Translations under genes and position numbers: made by a program
The notes under the pieces: generated by a model
What the model saw: only the letters and a program-made list of their open reading frames with translations
Told to the model about the DNA's origin: nothing
Database searches by the model: none
Shown: positions 51,356 to 62,194 of the stretch, one piece after another
Numbering within the stretch: the first letter of the stretch is position 1
Layout of the letters: each line of letters starts with the position of its first letter
Assembly (NCBI GenBank): GCA_904063045.1
Contig: CAJFCJ010000001.1
Coordinates: 2,170,001 to 2,234,000 of the forward strand
Direction of reading: 5' to 3'
From: Dimorphilus gyrociliatus
Taxonomy: Eukaryota; Animalia; Annelida
Length of the DNA stretch: 64,000 bases

Positions 51356-51870
51356 GACGATGACGCTGACATACTAATACCAACTGAATATAGAACTTTA
51401 ACAACTAACATATTAAAATCGGTACCGAATCACTTTATTGCAGGATACACAACTTTCTCAAAGTTTTATCACATGGTTTTATCGCGTGGCCAATGGTTGA
51501 TATTGTGTTTTATGAAACTTGGAATTCAACCCACATTCTTCACAGAGGTGTTTCAAAACATTTCTTTCCTATTAAGGAGATATTCCCAACAAGATATCGT
51601 CCATATTGGAATTGGCTACCACCTGTTCCATTTAATTCTGAAAACATTGTATTATAAACATATAATACTTCACTTTCTCTTTGTGATAGTACAGCATGGA
51701 GTCACAAGAATCAGAGTATCCTTCACAAACATCCTAGGGTTATTCAATGTTCAGACTTATACCCTCACTTTCCATTCACATTTAAAGTTCAAGAAGGGCT
51801 ATCTTGCATAGAAAATTTACAGAAAAATGGAAAAATTCTCCGGAGTTTTTTTTTTAATAAAACAAGCTAA
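51356..51870 (+). pseudogene. Truncated, disrupted paralog of the adjacent LicD-family gene
   Basis: Not in the ORF track. It reads DDDADILIPTEYRTLTTNILKSVPNH...KFY, then a frameshift/deletion, then WPMVDIVFYETWNSTHILHRG...FPTRYRPYWNWLPPVP, TAA at 51655-51657, and TYNTSLSLCDSTAWSHKNQ...QC...FPF. This is colinear with the 3' half of 52533-53516. Confidence 0.85.
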
Positions 51871-52532
51871 TTAAACTGTTTAATATTTTCATATTTTCGT
51901 AAAAAAACTTGCATTCTATCTAAAAAATAAACGTATTATTTAAATCGTTATTATTATTATATAGTGTCTTTAAATATGTTATAGGCTTAAGGGCTTTTTC
52001 TAAAGGGAAACTCCAATACATATTGTACAAAATAACATTAAATGTACAAATGCGTAAATGTACGAGTGTATGAGTGCTACTGGATCTGTCACAGCTCGTA
52101 TTCCTTGGGTACCGATTGCCGTTTCGCGAACCACAGGTTCGTACATCCCGGCATCGTCTCTCAATCTCCATGTCGCGCCGTCCCCATTTAAGCCAACTAT
52201 ACAAACGAACAATCGTCGAGATGAGCAGTGTAAGCGCCTGGACAGGGAGGTCGGGAGCACTATCTGAACACAATATAAAACACAGGAGAGCCATTATTTT
52301 ATAGATGTCACGTTGAACAGATCTTAATAAATTAAAGACGGATAGCCAATAAAGAATATCCGTATATACAAGTCAAAATCGTAGAACACGACATTTTGTA
52401 CACAAATTTCTTGCTTTATTTAAATAGCTGTCTATATTAACTTAAAAAAAAGAATCAATTGAAAAAACTTGCTATTAAACAAAATGCAATTTTCACTGTC
52501 TATTTGAAAGGAAATAATTGAAAGACTAATAA

Positions 52533-53516
52533 ATGGAAAAATTGGATTATAGAAATTACAATTATGTTATAAAAGTACTATGTCTTTTAATTGTTTCATC
52601 TAGTGGATTATTAATTGTTCATATACCTTTAAAGAGGTTTTTGACAGAGGAAGCACATATACCGAAATATATGAATAAATTCAACAATTTTAAATTTTCG
52701 GCCATTAAGAATGGTAATTCAATAGATCTGAATTCGAAATATTTTAAAACTTTTAGTTTTAATGATATTTTCAAATATTGGTTCGTTCCTAAGAAACTGA
52801 AAGATTCCTCTTTCCGAAAAGATGAATTTAAACCTGTTTTTAATAAAACAACATTCAGATGGTATTACGAACTGTTAGATATACTATTTCACACTTTAAC
52901 TAAACAAAAAATACAGTATTTATTGTATTCTGGAACAATGATTGGTTCTCTTCGACATCATGGACAAGTACCTTGGGATGATGATGCAGATATATTTATT
53001 GCACAGGAAAATCGGAAAAAAACTATAAATATCTTAGAATCAATACCAAATTATATTGCTCCCCGTCATGGAAATTTAAATAAATTTTATAATATAGAAC
53101 AGAGTCTATCTGTTCCTGGTTATTCAAAGAGAAAATGTGGCTGGCCTATGGTTGATATAATCTTCTACGAAACTGTTAACAGTACTCATATTTTGCATAG
53201 AGGAGCATCATTACATTTTTATAAGAAAAAACATCTATTTCCTCCAAGATATAGAGTATTTTGGAATTGGATATTACCAGTACCAAGAAAAGTTGAAAGT
53301 ATAGTTGAAAAAACATATAAAACAAAATTATCTACTTGTCAGGATACAATATGGAATCATAGGAAACAAAATGTTCTACATGAACATCCGAAAGAAGTTA
53401 ATTGTTCAAAACTGGAGCAATTCTTTCCATTTGTTCATAAAGTATTGAAGAATAAGGAATGCCGAGAAATCTTAGTTAAAGATCAGAGAATTTTACGGGA
53501 TATTCCATGTTATTAA
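52533..53516 (+). CDS. LicD/fukutin-family nucleotidyltransferase-fold protein (putative phosphocholine/phosphoryl-ligand transferase), intronless
   Basis: N-terminal signal anchor (VIKVLCLLIVSSSGLLIVHIPL) and the family motif LYSGTMIGSLRHHGQVPWDDDADI, followed by WPMVDII. Confidence 0.88.
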   Translation: MEKLDYRNYNYVIKVLCLLIVSSSGLLIVHIPLKRFLTEEAHIPKYMNKFNNFKFSAIKNGNSIDLNSKYFKTFSFNDIFKYWFVPKKLKDSSFRKDEFKPVFNKTTFRWYYELLDILFHTLTKQKIQYLLYSGTMIGSLRHHGQVPWDDDADIFIAQENRKKTINILESIPNYIAPRHGNLNKFYNIEQSLSVPGYSKRKCGWPMVDIIFYETVNSTHILHRGASLHFYKKKHLFPPRYRVFWNWILPVPRKVESIVEKTYKTKLSTCQDTIWNHRKQNVLHEHPKEVNCSKLEQFFPFVHKVLKNKECREILVKDQRILRDIPCY

Positions 53517-53874
53517 TTTATTTTTATGCGAAAAAAGTAAGTAATTTGCAGTCTAAATATTAATGTTAAAAGAAGAGAGGGAGAGAGAGTTTAATTTATG
53601 CTAATCCTTTTAAGATAATAAACTAAAGATTAGTAATTATCGTTTAAATATTTTTTGCAGATATTAAATCATCTACTGTATAATCTTATCTATTTTTGAC
53701 AATAAAAATCATCATTATTGACCTGATGGTCTTATAAATCTGTCAGACAGTGTTAAGCCTATATTTATAAGTATACCTAATATAGAACAAAGTTCAGTTA
53801 TGATATGGGCCAAAGTTATAGTACTTTCTTGTACGATTTCGTCAGTCAACAGTTGACAATAAGACAGGAGAGAG

Positions 53875-55149
53875 ATGGAAGCGAAAAAACCATATCTCTT
53901 CGTATTTATTGTATACATAGCAAACCTCTTAGGTTCAATATATTATTACATTTTTGGGAGAAACTTCTATAGCTTCAATGTCGGTTATATTCTTAATTCG
54001 TTAACTGCTGAAGAAAAGGAATATGTTATGAATGATAATGTCATATTAGAAAATCTTAATAGAATATCTGTTGATTTGGCTGCTGTAAAGAAGCCTTTGT
54101 CTTTCAGTGGTGAATATTTCATGACTAGAGGATTTATTGAACAGATCAAGAACAGAGTTGCATTTGAAAATTATTTGAAGCAAAATCCCGACATATTAAA
54201 TGTTAAAATAAAGGATCCTGTATTTTTTATTACATTACCAAGGACGGGAAGCACCTTTCTTCACTGTTTATTGAAAGAGGATCCATCTTGGTTCGCTCCT
54301 CGCATATGGATGCAAAAGAGCCATTTTCCTTCACCCTCTAATCCATATTCTGAAAAGGATATGGAAATAATTAACAAAAATAGAGATGAAGTTATATATT
54401 TTCAATCTCTAACTGACTGGAATGTATTATCTAAAGCTCACCTTGTAAGCGAAAGAGATCCAGAAGATCTTCTCATACAACTTGAACCACTTGGAATAAA
54501 TGCAGCCGCTTCTTGGTTGTTTGGTATGGAAGATTATAATAAATTCATAGCAACACTTCCATTAGAAAAATGGTCAGAAGTTATGAAGAAGTTGAAAGTA
54601 ATGTTTCAGTGTTTAATGAAGAACTATCCCAGCACAAGATTATTGTCAATGAGCCACATTTTCTGTGTAAATGTAGAATCTATTTACGAAACTTTTCCAG
54701 ACGCAAAATTTGTTATTATTCATAGAGATCCTGTAAAATCCGTATCATCTCTTTCATCACTGGTTAGGTCTCTTCGTAAACTATGGTATAATGGTGAAAC
54801 TGAAAAAGAAAGTTACTCATATTTCACTAGAATTAATGGGGAGATTTCTTATCAAATGGACAAATATCTAAAATTTAGGACAAAAATGGAAGAAATGGGA
54901 AAATCCGACTTATTTGTTGATGTTTCATTTAAAAACTTGGTAAAAGATCCTATTGCTTGTGTACAAGATCTTTACGGAAAATTGGGAAAGAAATGGACGA
55001 AAGAAGCAGAAGAAAAATTGAAATACTTTATAGAAAATCAAACTGAACATAAGACAGCAAGTCATAAATATAAAATCACTGAAGATATGCAAAATTATAC
55101 AAAAGATCTATTTAAATCTTATTGCGAAAGATTTAAAGAGTTTTTATAA
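53875..55149 (+). CDS. PAPS-dependent sulfotransferase (Sulfotransfer_3, bacterial Stf-like), intronless
   Basis: 5'-PSB loop PVFFITLPRTGSTFLHCLL, 3'-PB motif AKFVIIHRDPVKSVSS, and VSFKNLVKDP..V.DLY.KLG, matching bacterial-type sulfotransferases. Confidence 0.88.
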   Translation: MEAKKPYLFVFIVYIANLLGSIYYYIFGRNFYSFNVGYILNSLTAEEKEYVMNDNVILENLNRISVDLAAVKKPLSFSGEYFMTRGFIEQIKNRVAFENYLKQNPDILNVKIKDPVFFITLPRTGSTFLHCLLKEDPSWFAPRIWMQKSHFPSPSNPYSEKDMEIINKNRDEVIYFQSLTDWNVLSKAHLVSERDPEDLLIQLEPLGINAAASWLFGMEDYNKFIATLPLEKWSEVMKKLKVMFQCLMKNYPSTRLLSMSHIFCVNVESIYETFPDAKFVIIHRDPVKSVSSLSSLVRSLRKLWYNGETEKESYSYFTRINGEISYQMDKYLKFRTKMEEMGKSDLFVDVSFKNLVKDPIACVQDLYGKLGKKWTKEAEEKLKYFIENQTEHKTASHKYKITEDMQNYTKDLFKSYCERFKEFL

Positions 55150-55732
55150 GATTAAAGAAAAACCTATAGAATTAATTATATAGCTTTTCTTCTTTGATAA
55201 ATGGTAAATTTTTGATTCTACAATAAAGATGAAAGGATAGAAACAGTTGAAAATATTTCTCAACTATCTTATCTTTTAGTAAAAAAGATTAAAAAATCTA
55301 TATTTACATCTTTTTGCTTTTTTTCTTACAATAAATTGTGCAATTTCTTTCAAATCTAATCGACCCTGTCAAGTTTATTATTTCTTAGTTTATCAGCTAA
55401 ACTGCTTACTTTCCAATTGAATTGATAATATAGTCTAGCATCTTTCTCTTATTGCTATTCTTTGTATTTTTCATTTTATCATCTCATAGCTGAGAAAGTA
55501 TATATAAAATATGATGAGAAAATCATAAATTGAAAACAAATTTTAAACATTCATACATAAAGAATCGCATTCTTCTCCATACAATTTGTAAAAGGGAAAG
55601 GATGGCATTGGATTATAAATATATAAAGCTATAAAATATATATCATATAACTAACTAGTTAATACGAACATTTAGGTAGAATAGTCACTGAATTGTTGAA
55701 GTAATTTCTTTATAGTATTTAATTTTAAATAA

Positions 55733-57265
55733 TTATTTAATTGTAATTAGACTTAGGTAACCATCACGAATTAGTATAAGATTAATTATACCATTATGAA
55801 CTTTATAGGCAAACAATGTGTAAAGGTCAAAGATATCCTTATAGGATTTTGTTGTTAATATTAATCCGTTTGAATTTGCCTCTAATTGAGCCAATACAAT
55901 TGTATTGAATACTCTAAATAATGCTCCTTGTCTATTCAAAGCCAAAATTGATGTTGAACATTCACTTGTTGAAAGTGATATTGATCCATTAATTCGATAA
56001 TTGCAGTCGAATAAAATACGTCCGGTAGAAAAGTCCAATACTGTGCATCGCAAACTATCAGTACAAAGGAATATATTATTATTATTTACAGCTATATCGA
56101 GGACTAGACCATAATCAGATGGTAATACACAATCCCAATCAACTTTAAAAGGATCCTTTAATTTTGTTACTGAATTCTTATCTTCGCATTTTAAACATAT
56201 TATAATTCCGTCATCATATTCAACCATATTATGATAATATCCGTATTTATCATTCTTTTTATCAATAGCGCAAAAAACATCAAAACTATACGAATTGCTT
56301 GTCGTCGAGTTTGAATTGACAAACTTTATCTCATCTTTCCCAATAGTAAGAAAATATAGCCTTACTCCTGCAGCTAATTTATACGTTTCAGAATTATAAG
56401 TATTCCACTTTTTCAATATTTCCGATCTACTATTTTCAATATCAAAGAGAATGAGTTTATATTTACAGGCCATCTTCTCAAGGATAATATAAAGTCTATT
56501 TTTGAAATAAGTAACATTAAGCACTCGTTCATCTTCAGTTATTTTAATTATTGGATTCTTTTGTTGAAAATGTTCAACAGTAGATATTTCGCCAAGATTA
56601 CCATCCTGCTTTTTATGAAAATGTAATTTCTTATTCATAAGATAAGCTGCTTGATTTGTTAACTCCATCTTTGATTTTGTTGTATTTTCAATAATTTCAT
56701 CAGAAATCAAAATACTGTATTGTAGTTTTTCAAAATTATCTAAAAGACTCTTTATATCGTTTTCCTGATTTGAACAAAACTCTTTAATTTCACCAATAAG
56801 TCGTTTCTCTTTTTTCCTTATCTCCATTATCGAATTAATAACTTCTGTTTTAATTTTAGATATCAAACAATTCATTTCGCCACCGCTGTCTTTTAAATAA
56901 GAGACTAGTGTCTTTTCCGTATCGCTTCTTACATATTTAACTTTCGATTCCTTAAATGTTTGACTATGGTATTTCTTTTCAAGGAAATTATGAAATATAC
57001 CCAAACGTGGAAAAGCATTTACACCATCTCTTGTCCATTTGTATCGATGTTGACATATTGGACAAGAGAAAAAGCCTCCATTTTCAAATGCCTTAGACCC
57101 AGCCCACTTCTCTAGACACTCTGAACAAAAAATATGAATTACCGTTTTACAAGGTAAACACCTCGGACTATTCCCAATCCAAAGACATTTACAAAATGCG
57201 CATTCCATATCTTCCTTAGAAATAAGTTCATTTATATCCATATCTTCCTCGCTTTGTGTGCTCAT
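55733..57265 (-). CDS. RING-finger/coiled-coil protein (TRIM-like E3 ligase), paralog 1, intronless
   Basis: CAFC...LPCKTVIHIFCSECL...CPIC RING, a helical coiled-coil segment and a beta-rich C-terminal region; 510 aa. Confidence 0.85.
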   Translation of the reverse strand: MSTQSEEDMDINELISKEDMECAFCKCLWIGNSPRCLPCKTVIHIFCSECLEKWAGSKAFENGGFFSCPICQHRYKWTRDGVNAFPRLGIFHNFLEKKYHSQTFKESKVKYVRSDTEKTLVSYLKDSGGEMNCLISKIKTEVINSIMEIRKKEKRLIGEIKEFCSNQENDIKSLLDNFEKLQYSILISDEIIENTTKSKMELTNQAAYLMNKKLHFHKKQDGNLGEISTVEHFQQKNPIIKITEDERVLNVTYFKNRLYIILEKMACKYKLILFDIENSRSEILKKWNTYNSETYKLAAGVRLYFLTIGKDEIKFVNSNSTTSNSYSFDVFCAIDKKNDKYGYYHNMVEYDDGIIICLKCEDKNSVTKLKDPFKVDWDCVLPSDYGLVLDIAVNNNNIFLCTDSLRCTVLDFSTGRILFDCNYRINGSISLSTSECSTSILALNRQGALFRVFNTIVLAQLEANSNGLILTTKSYKDIFDLYTLFAYKVHNGIINLILIRDGYLSLITIK

Positions 57266-57816
57266 TCTTCAAAACGTTGTCTTTCTTTACAGAAATGTTC
57301 AATTTCGTATAAAAGAGTAAATAATGTAGCTAAGCACGTACATATATATATATACATGTGTGTGTGTAGATATAGATATAGATATAGATATATATATATA
57401 CGTATACAATCTGCATAATAGAATATGTGCTTTTGTTTCATTTTATAAATTAAGATAATGAACAATAATTGGCCAACAACAAAAAAAAAGCAATCTTTAT
57501 AATGCAGAACTATTATAATTAATTTTATAAAGACTGCATATGTGAATGTATGTATGACCTTTCTCTTCCATATATCTTTCTCACTCACTCACTATCTCAC
57601 TCTCGTTCTCTTTTTCACCCGTTTTTTTTCTAAAAATCCTATCAAGAAAATGAAAGGAATGAAAACAGTATTTATTTGATTTGTTTGATAAAGAATCTTC
57701 ATATATGCAAAGTACATAGAAAATATATTGAATATTTGACGTAAAGTATTCAGAATCTACAATGGCACTTCGTTATAGAATTAACCGATTGTTTGTTTAA
57801 ATATTTTCATTCTTTA

Positions 57817-59397
57817 TTAACATTTAATATATTTTAAATAGACCGTATTAATCCATTTATCGAGTATTAAAAATGCTATAATTCCTTCGGAACATTTTCC
57901 ATATTCTATAGTATGATAGAGATCAAATATCTTCTTATACGACCATGAACTAACGCCATCTTCGGTTTTATCAATTAAACGAACGAAATCGTTACCAATT
58001 AAACAACATCCGGATTGGAAGAGTATTTTCGTGCAGAATCTATATTTTGTAATACCCAAAACTTCTCTAGGACTGCCAGTAGACGTCTTCAGTTTGTTGA
58101 GTATCTTACCGGAATTAAGGTCAAAGATATAATGAAGATTTTCCGTAAATAGAGCGAACAGTTGGGAAGAGTTTATTCTCATGTCGACAATTTTTAAAAG
58201 TGGAAGATTTAAACTTATCTTCCATTTTTGTTTAACGGGGTCTTTAATCTTTTTAAAAGTAAATATATTATCTAAATCCTGACAGCATAGGACTATTCCT
58301 TTCTCATATCCAATTATATGTACAAAACTGGTAGTATCGTTCTTTCTTCTCATTATGTCGTAAAATGTTGAAAAAGTGCACGAAAATTTACCATCGTCAT
58401 CCTCAGTCTCCGTTACACGCTGTACCCTTATTTCTCCAACAGTTAATAGATAAATATTAACACTTACCGCCAGTTTATATTCTATTTTTATAGAATTATT
58501 CCATTCGTGTAAACTTTCTATGATCCCTGTCTTCATTTGATATCTTAATAGTTTATAGAAGAATAAACTTCCACCAAACTTCTCCGTTAATAAGTATAGA
58601 GTATCGTTAAAGAATGAAGTATTACAAACTCTTCCCCCAGTCGGTAATCGGCAAAGTTCTTTCGATACTTTAAATTCTTCTTCTTTTTTATTTAAGCCTA
58701 TACTAAAATCAGCTAAACTAGAATCTTTAATAAATTCAATGTTTCTATGGAAACAAGAATTGGCTTTGTTATTTAATCTTATTTTCATTTTTGTGACTTT
58801 TTTATTAGTTTCACCAACTTTTTTTGAAAATTTTTCAAAAGCGGCAAACTCTCTTATAATGTCGATTAATTCACTTTCCTTCTCATCATAGAACATTAGA
58901 ACCTCTTCTAGTAGCTTGTGCCTTTGTTCTCGTACCTTTTTCATATGATTAGCAGCAGTTTCATTTATCTTTTGAATCATTTGGATCTCTTGATTATGTA
59001 AATTTCTTAGTACCGAAACAATAATTTCCTCTACATAACTCCTTGTATGATTGGGTGGAGCGTCGACGAAAGTTCTAGATCTCATCCTTAGTCGATTCCC
59101 GTCGTCGTCGTCGTCGTTATTCGAATTAAATAGATCCAGTCTGGGAAAAGAGGCAACACCTTCTTCGGTCCATCTATGAGCCATCTTACACACAGGACAA
59201 AAGAGTATCCCTTCGGCGTGCGATTCGTCGTTATGCGCCAGTTGTCTAAGACAATCGGAACAAAATATATGAACTTTATCTTTACAAGGAAGGCATCTAG
59301 CGTCTTTTTGAACCCAAGAAAAGTGGCAGATAGCACATAACGTTTGATCCTGCTTAACAATCTTATTAAAATCAACATCCGTGCTTGCACTAGCCAT
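57817..59397 (-). CDS. RING-finger/coiled-coil protein, paralog 2, intronless
   Basis: CAIC...LPCKDKVHIFCSDCL...CPVC followed by W..EGV.SFPRL, shared with paralogs 1 and 3; 526 aa. Confidence 0.85.
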   Translation of the reverse strand: MASASTDVDFNKIVKQDQTLCAICHFSWVQKDARCLPCKDKVHIFCSDCLRQLAHNDESHAEGILFCPVCKMAHRWTEEGVASFPRLDLFNSNNDDDDDGNRLRMRSRTFVDAPPNHTRSYVEEIIVSVLRNLHNQEIQMIQKINETAANHMKKVREQRHKLLEEVLMFYDEKESELIDIIREFAAFEKFSKKVGETNKKVTKMKIRLNNKANSCFHRNIEFIKDSSLADFSIGLNKKEEEFKVSKELCRLPTGGRVCNTSFFNDTLYLLTEKFGGSLFFYKLLRYQMKTGIIESLHEWNNSIKIEYKLAVSVNIYLLTVGEIRVQRVTETEDDDGKFSCTFSTFYDIMRRKNDTTSFVHIIGYEKGIVLCCQDLDNIFTFKKIKDPVKQKWKISLNLPLLKIVDMRINSSQLFALFTENLHYIFDLNSGKILNKLKTSTGSPREVLGITKYRFCTKILFQSGCCLIGNDFVRLIDKTEDGVSSWSYKKIFDLYHTIEYGKCSEGIIAFLILDKWINTVYLKYIKC

Positions 59398-59807
59398 ATT
59401 TAAAAGTATTCTAATCGATTCTCAGTGATTAGTGAATATATTAATTATGAAAAACGAAACAAAACAAAACTTCTCAATTACAAAAGTATTTTTGTAGGTA
59501 AACCGTCTGTCGCTTAGGAGTTAAACTGTCTTATGAAAACAACGACTTTTTTCTTGTTGACATGATATCATTATTTATTCAAGTTTAGTCATAGCCTATT
59601 TAAAATTTAAGTTTTCTTAGTAAACGAATTATTTCACTATTTAATGCGAAAAGGAAATTTTTTTCATGAATAATTCATAGATAGATCAAATATACTACTT
59701 AATGTTTTTTATTGATTAAAATACCTAAATTAATTATATATTATCAATTTTCGTTAGATGTTGGTAAAGCATATAAGATAGAAAACAATTGTCTAATCTT
59801 TCTAATA

Positions 59808-61479
59808 TTAAATAAGTTTAGTAATTATTAAAAATCTATCAAAAATACAATAAATTATTATTCCATCTGTTGTTGTTTGATAGGAGAATGTTTCGTAAAG
59901 GAAGAATATTTTATTAAATCTTGACGAAACTATTTCATCATCTTTAAAATCGATTAAATGTATACAATCTAATGATTTTAATAAGCATCCATCAGAGTAT
60001 AATGTTCTTTTAAGATCGGAATTAAGACTTAAATTCTTGTTGATTGTTGACGAATACGAACTAGAAATTAGAGTTTTTCCACTTTGAAAATCCAATATTT
60101 CAATATAACATTTAGGAAACCAAACAAATAGTTTATCGTTGTTTAATTTCATATCGATAATTGTTGAAACATTTTCTTAATTAATTAAGGATGAACGGTA
60201 ATTTTTTATTCGTTTCTTCTTTATCAATTATTAATTATCATTAATATAAGTAAATCAAATAGAAGATAGATAATAATGTTACTTTAAAGGTTAGATTTAA
60301 AAAAAAAAATAACCGCTCACCCTTTTCAGAATATAAACGTTCCCATTCAACTTTAAAAGGATTTCTTATCTTGAATAAATGACATTTCTGTTCTAAAATC
60401 GTACTATAAGCAATAATTCCACCTTCATAATCAATAATATTTTGATAATATTCCGTATTCCTATCGGTAAAGCAGAATGATTCGAATTTGCAATAATTCC
60501 TGTTATCCTTTCTTAAAATCTCTTTAACGTATTTTATTTCTCTTTCTCCGACTGTTAAAAAATAGATTTGATTATCAACTGCTATTTTATATTGTTTATC
60601 TCTAGAAGATTTCCATTCGTGTAGAAAGTCGAATCTCTCCGCTCCAGAATCATATGACACAAGTCTATAACAGTATCCGTTATCGCGATACTTTTCCATG
60701 ATAAAATATAGACAATTTCTATTACAAGTTTGAGTAATTACATTCCCGAATGAAGGTATACTAATCAGATCATTATTAATGATAAAATCTTGATTGACAA
60801 CATTCTCTCCTATGCTAATTAGTTCGGTATTGTTTATTTTAAATATGATATGTTTATGTAGCATTTTCATAGCTTTATTTGTTAATTTCATTCTCATTTC
60901 CATTAGATTACCTCCTAGTTCACTTTCACCAATTTTATTTGAGAATAATTCAATAGCTTCAAATTCTTTAATAATTTTTTTTAAGCAATTCTCCTTCCTA
61001 TTAAAAAAATCTAATGCTTCTTTAAAGAGTACTTCTTTCATATCCTGTAGTTTAATTATTCTCAATCGAACTGCATCATGGATTTCCCGCAATATTTTGT
61101 CTTCTTCTTCGTTTATATTTCTTATAGCTGCTACAACAGCATTTTCCATTTCACTTCTTTTATATTTCGAGGGAATTCTCTCTATAAAATTTCTATCGTT
61201 TCTATTATAATTATCATCTCCTCTTTTAGTTCGATCGAATATCGTCAATCTTGGAAAGGATAATACTCCCTCTTTGGTCCATGTATGACCAACGTTGCAG
61301 ACGGGACATCGAAGTTCTTCGCCAATTTGTAATTTTCCATGAATTGCAAACTTCTCTAAGCAATCCGAGCAAAATATATGAATTGATTCCTTACACGGTA
61401 GACATCTTGGATTCTGTCCAACCCAAGAAATTAGGCAAACAAAACATTTAGTATCCTCCTCGTTAACAAGGAAACTCAT
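59808..61479 (-). CDS. RING-finger/coiled-coil protein, paralog 3, two exons
   Basis: CFVC...LPCKESIHIFCSDCL...CPVC. Exon 1 is 61479-60321 (donor G|gtgagc) and exon 2 is 60175-59808 (acceptor ttaag|, phase 1). The C-terminal part aligns with the paralogs (IIDMKLNND...FxxYETFSY). Confidence 0.82.
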
Positions 61480-62194
61480 CCTTATCTTTTCGCTTCTAAA
61501 CTTATCAGTTCAAAAAAAACAAACAAACTATTATTCTCATAAATAAGTAAATAATATTACAAAAAAAAAAGAGACAAATTCAATAGAAAATCTTATCTTT
61601 ACCTATTTAATGCAGATATTGTATTTGATGAACTAGGCCTATGAAATTTCCTAATTATAATAATAAATCTAAATAATTTCTTATACCAAAAGGAGTTTTC
61701 CTTTACGAAAAAAATTAGGTTAAAAAGGTTAAAGAAATAAAAAATTTTCTCATTGTTATAGTTTTTTTTATAATATATTTTTTTCTAAATTAGAAAAGAA
61801 TTCTTTAACTTCCGGTTAATATTGTCTTAACAGAGGAAGAAAGTTGAAAGTGAGAGTTAAATCTTTCTATTTATCAAATTTATCTTTCTATTGTTAAAAG
61901 TTTTGATCATTTGTATAGTAATTAGTCAATTTTCAATACTAATTATAGTATAAAAATAATAAAATATACAGTATATATACTAATTTACATATATATAAAA
62001 TATATATATATATATATTACTAATATAATATATCTTATAGATGAGCTCTATATACTTATTCATATAGAAAAAATAAGACTAATCTAGTCCAATAGGCTTA
62101 TTTTCTTATACTCTATTTTATATCAAATTCTATATTTTGCAGTATTTTACTGTACATTACAATGATAAGATTTTTATAAACTTAATTATTTAAA

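Noticed and set aside
51220-51380. Minus-strand hydrophobic reading YVSVIVPLIIATLYYIYY that looks like a TM exon
   Set aside because: It partly overlaps the antisense of the pseudogene's DDDADI codons and has no linked upstream exon.
57262-57588. 108-aa ORF between RING paralogs 1 and 2
   Set aside because: It runs through (AT)/(GT)/(AGAT) microsatellites, giving YIYLYLYL-type sequence, so it is a spurious ORF.
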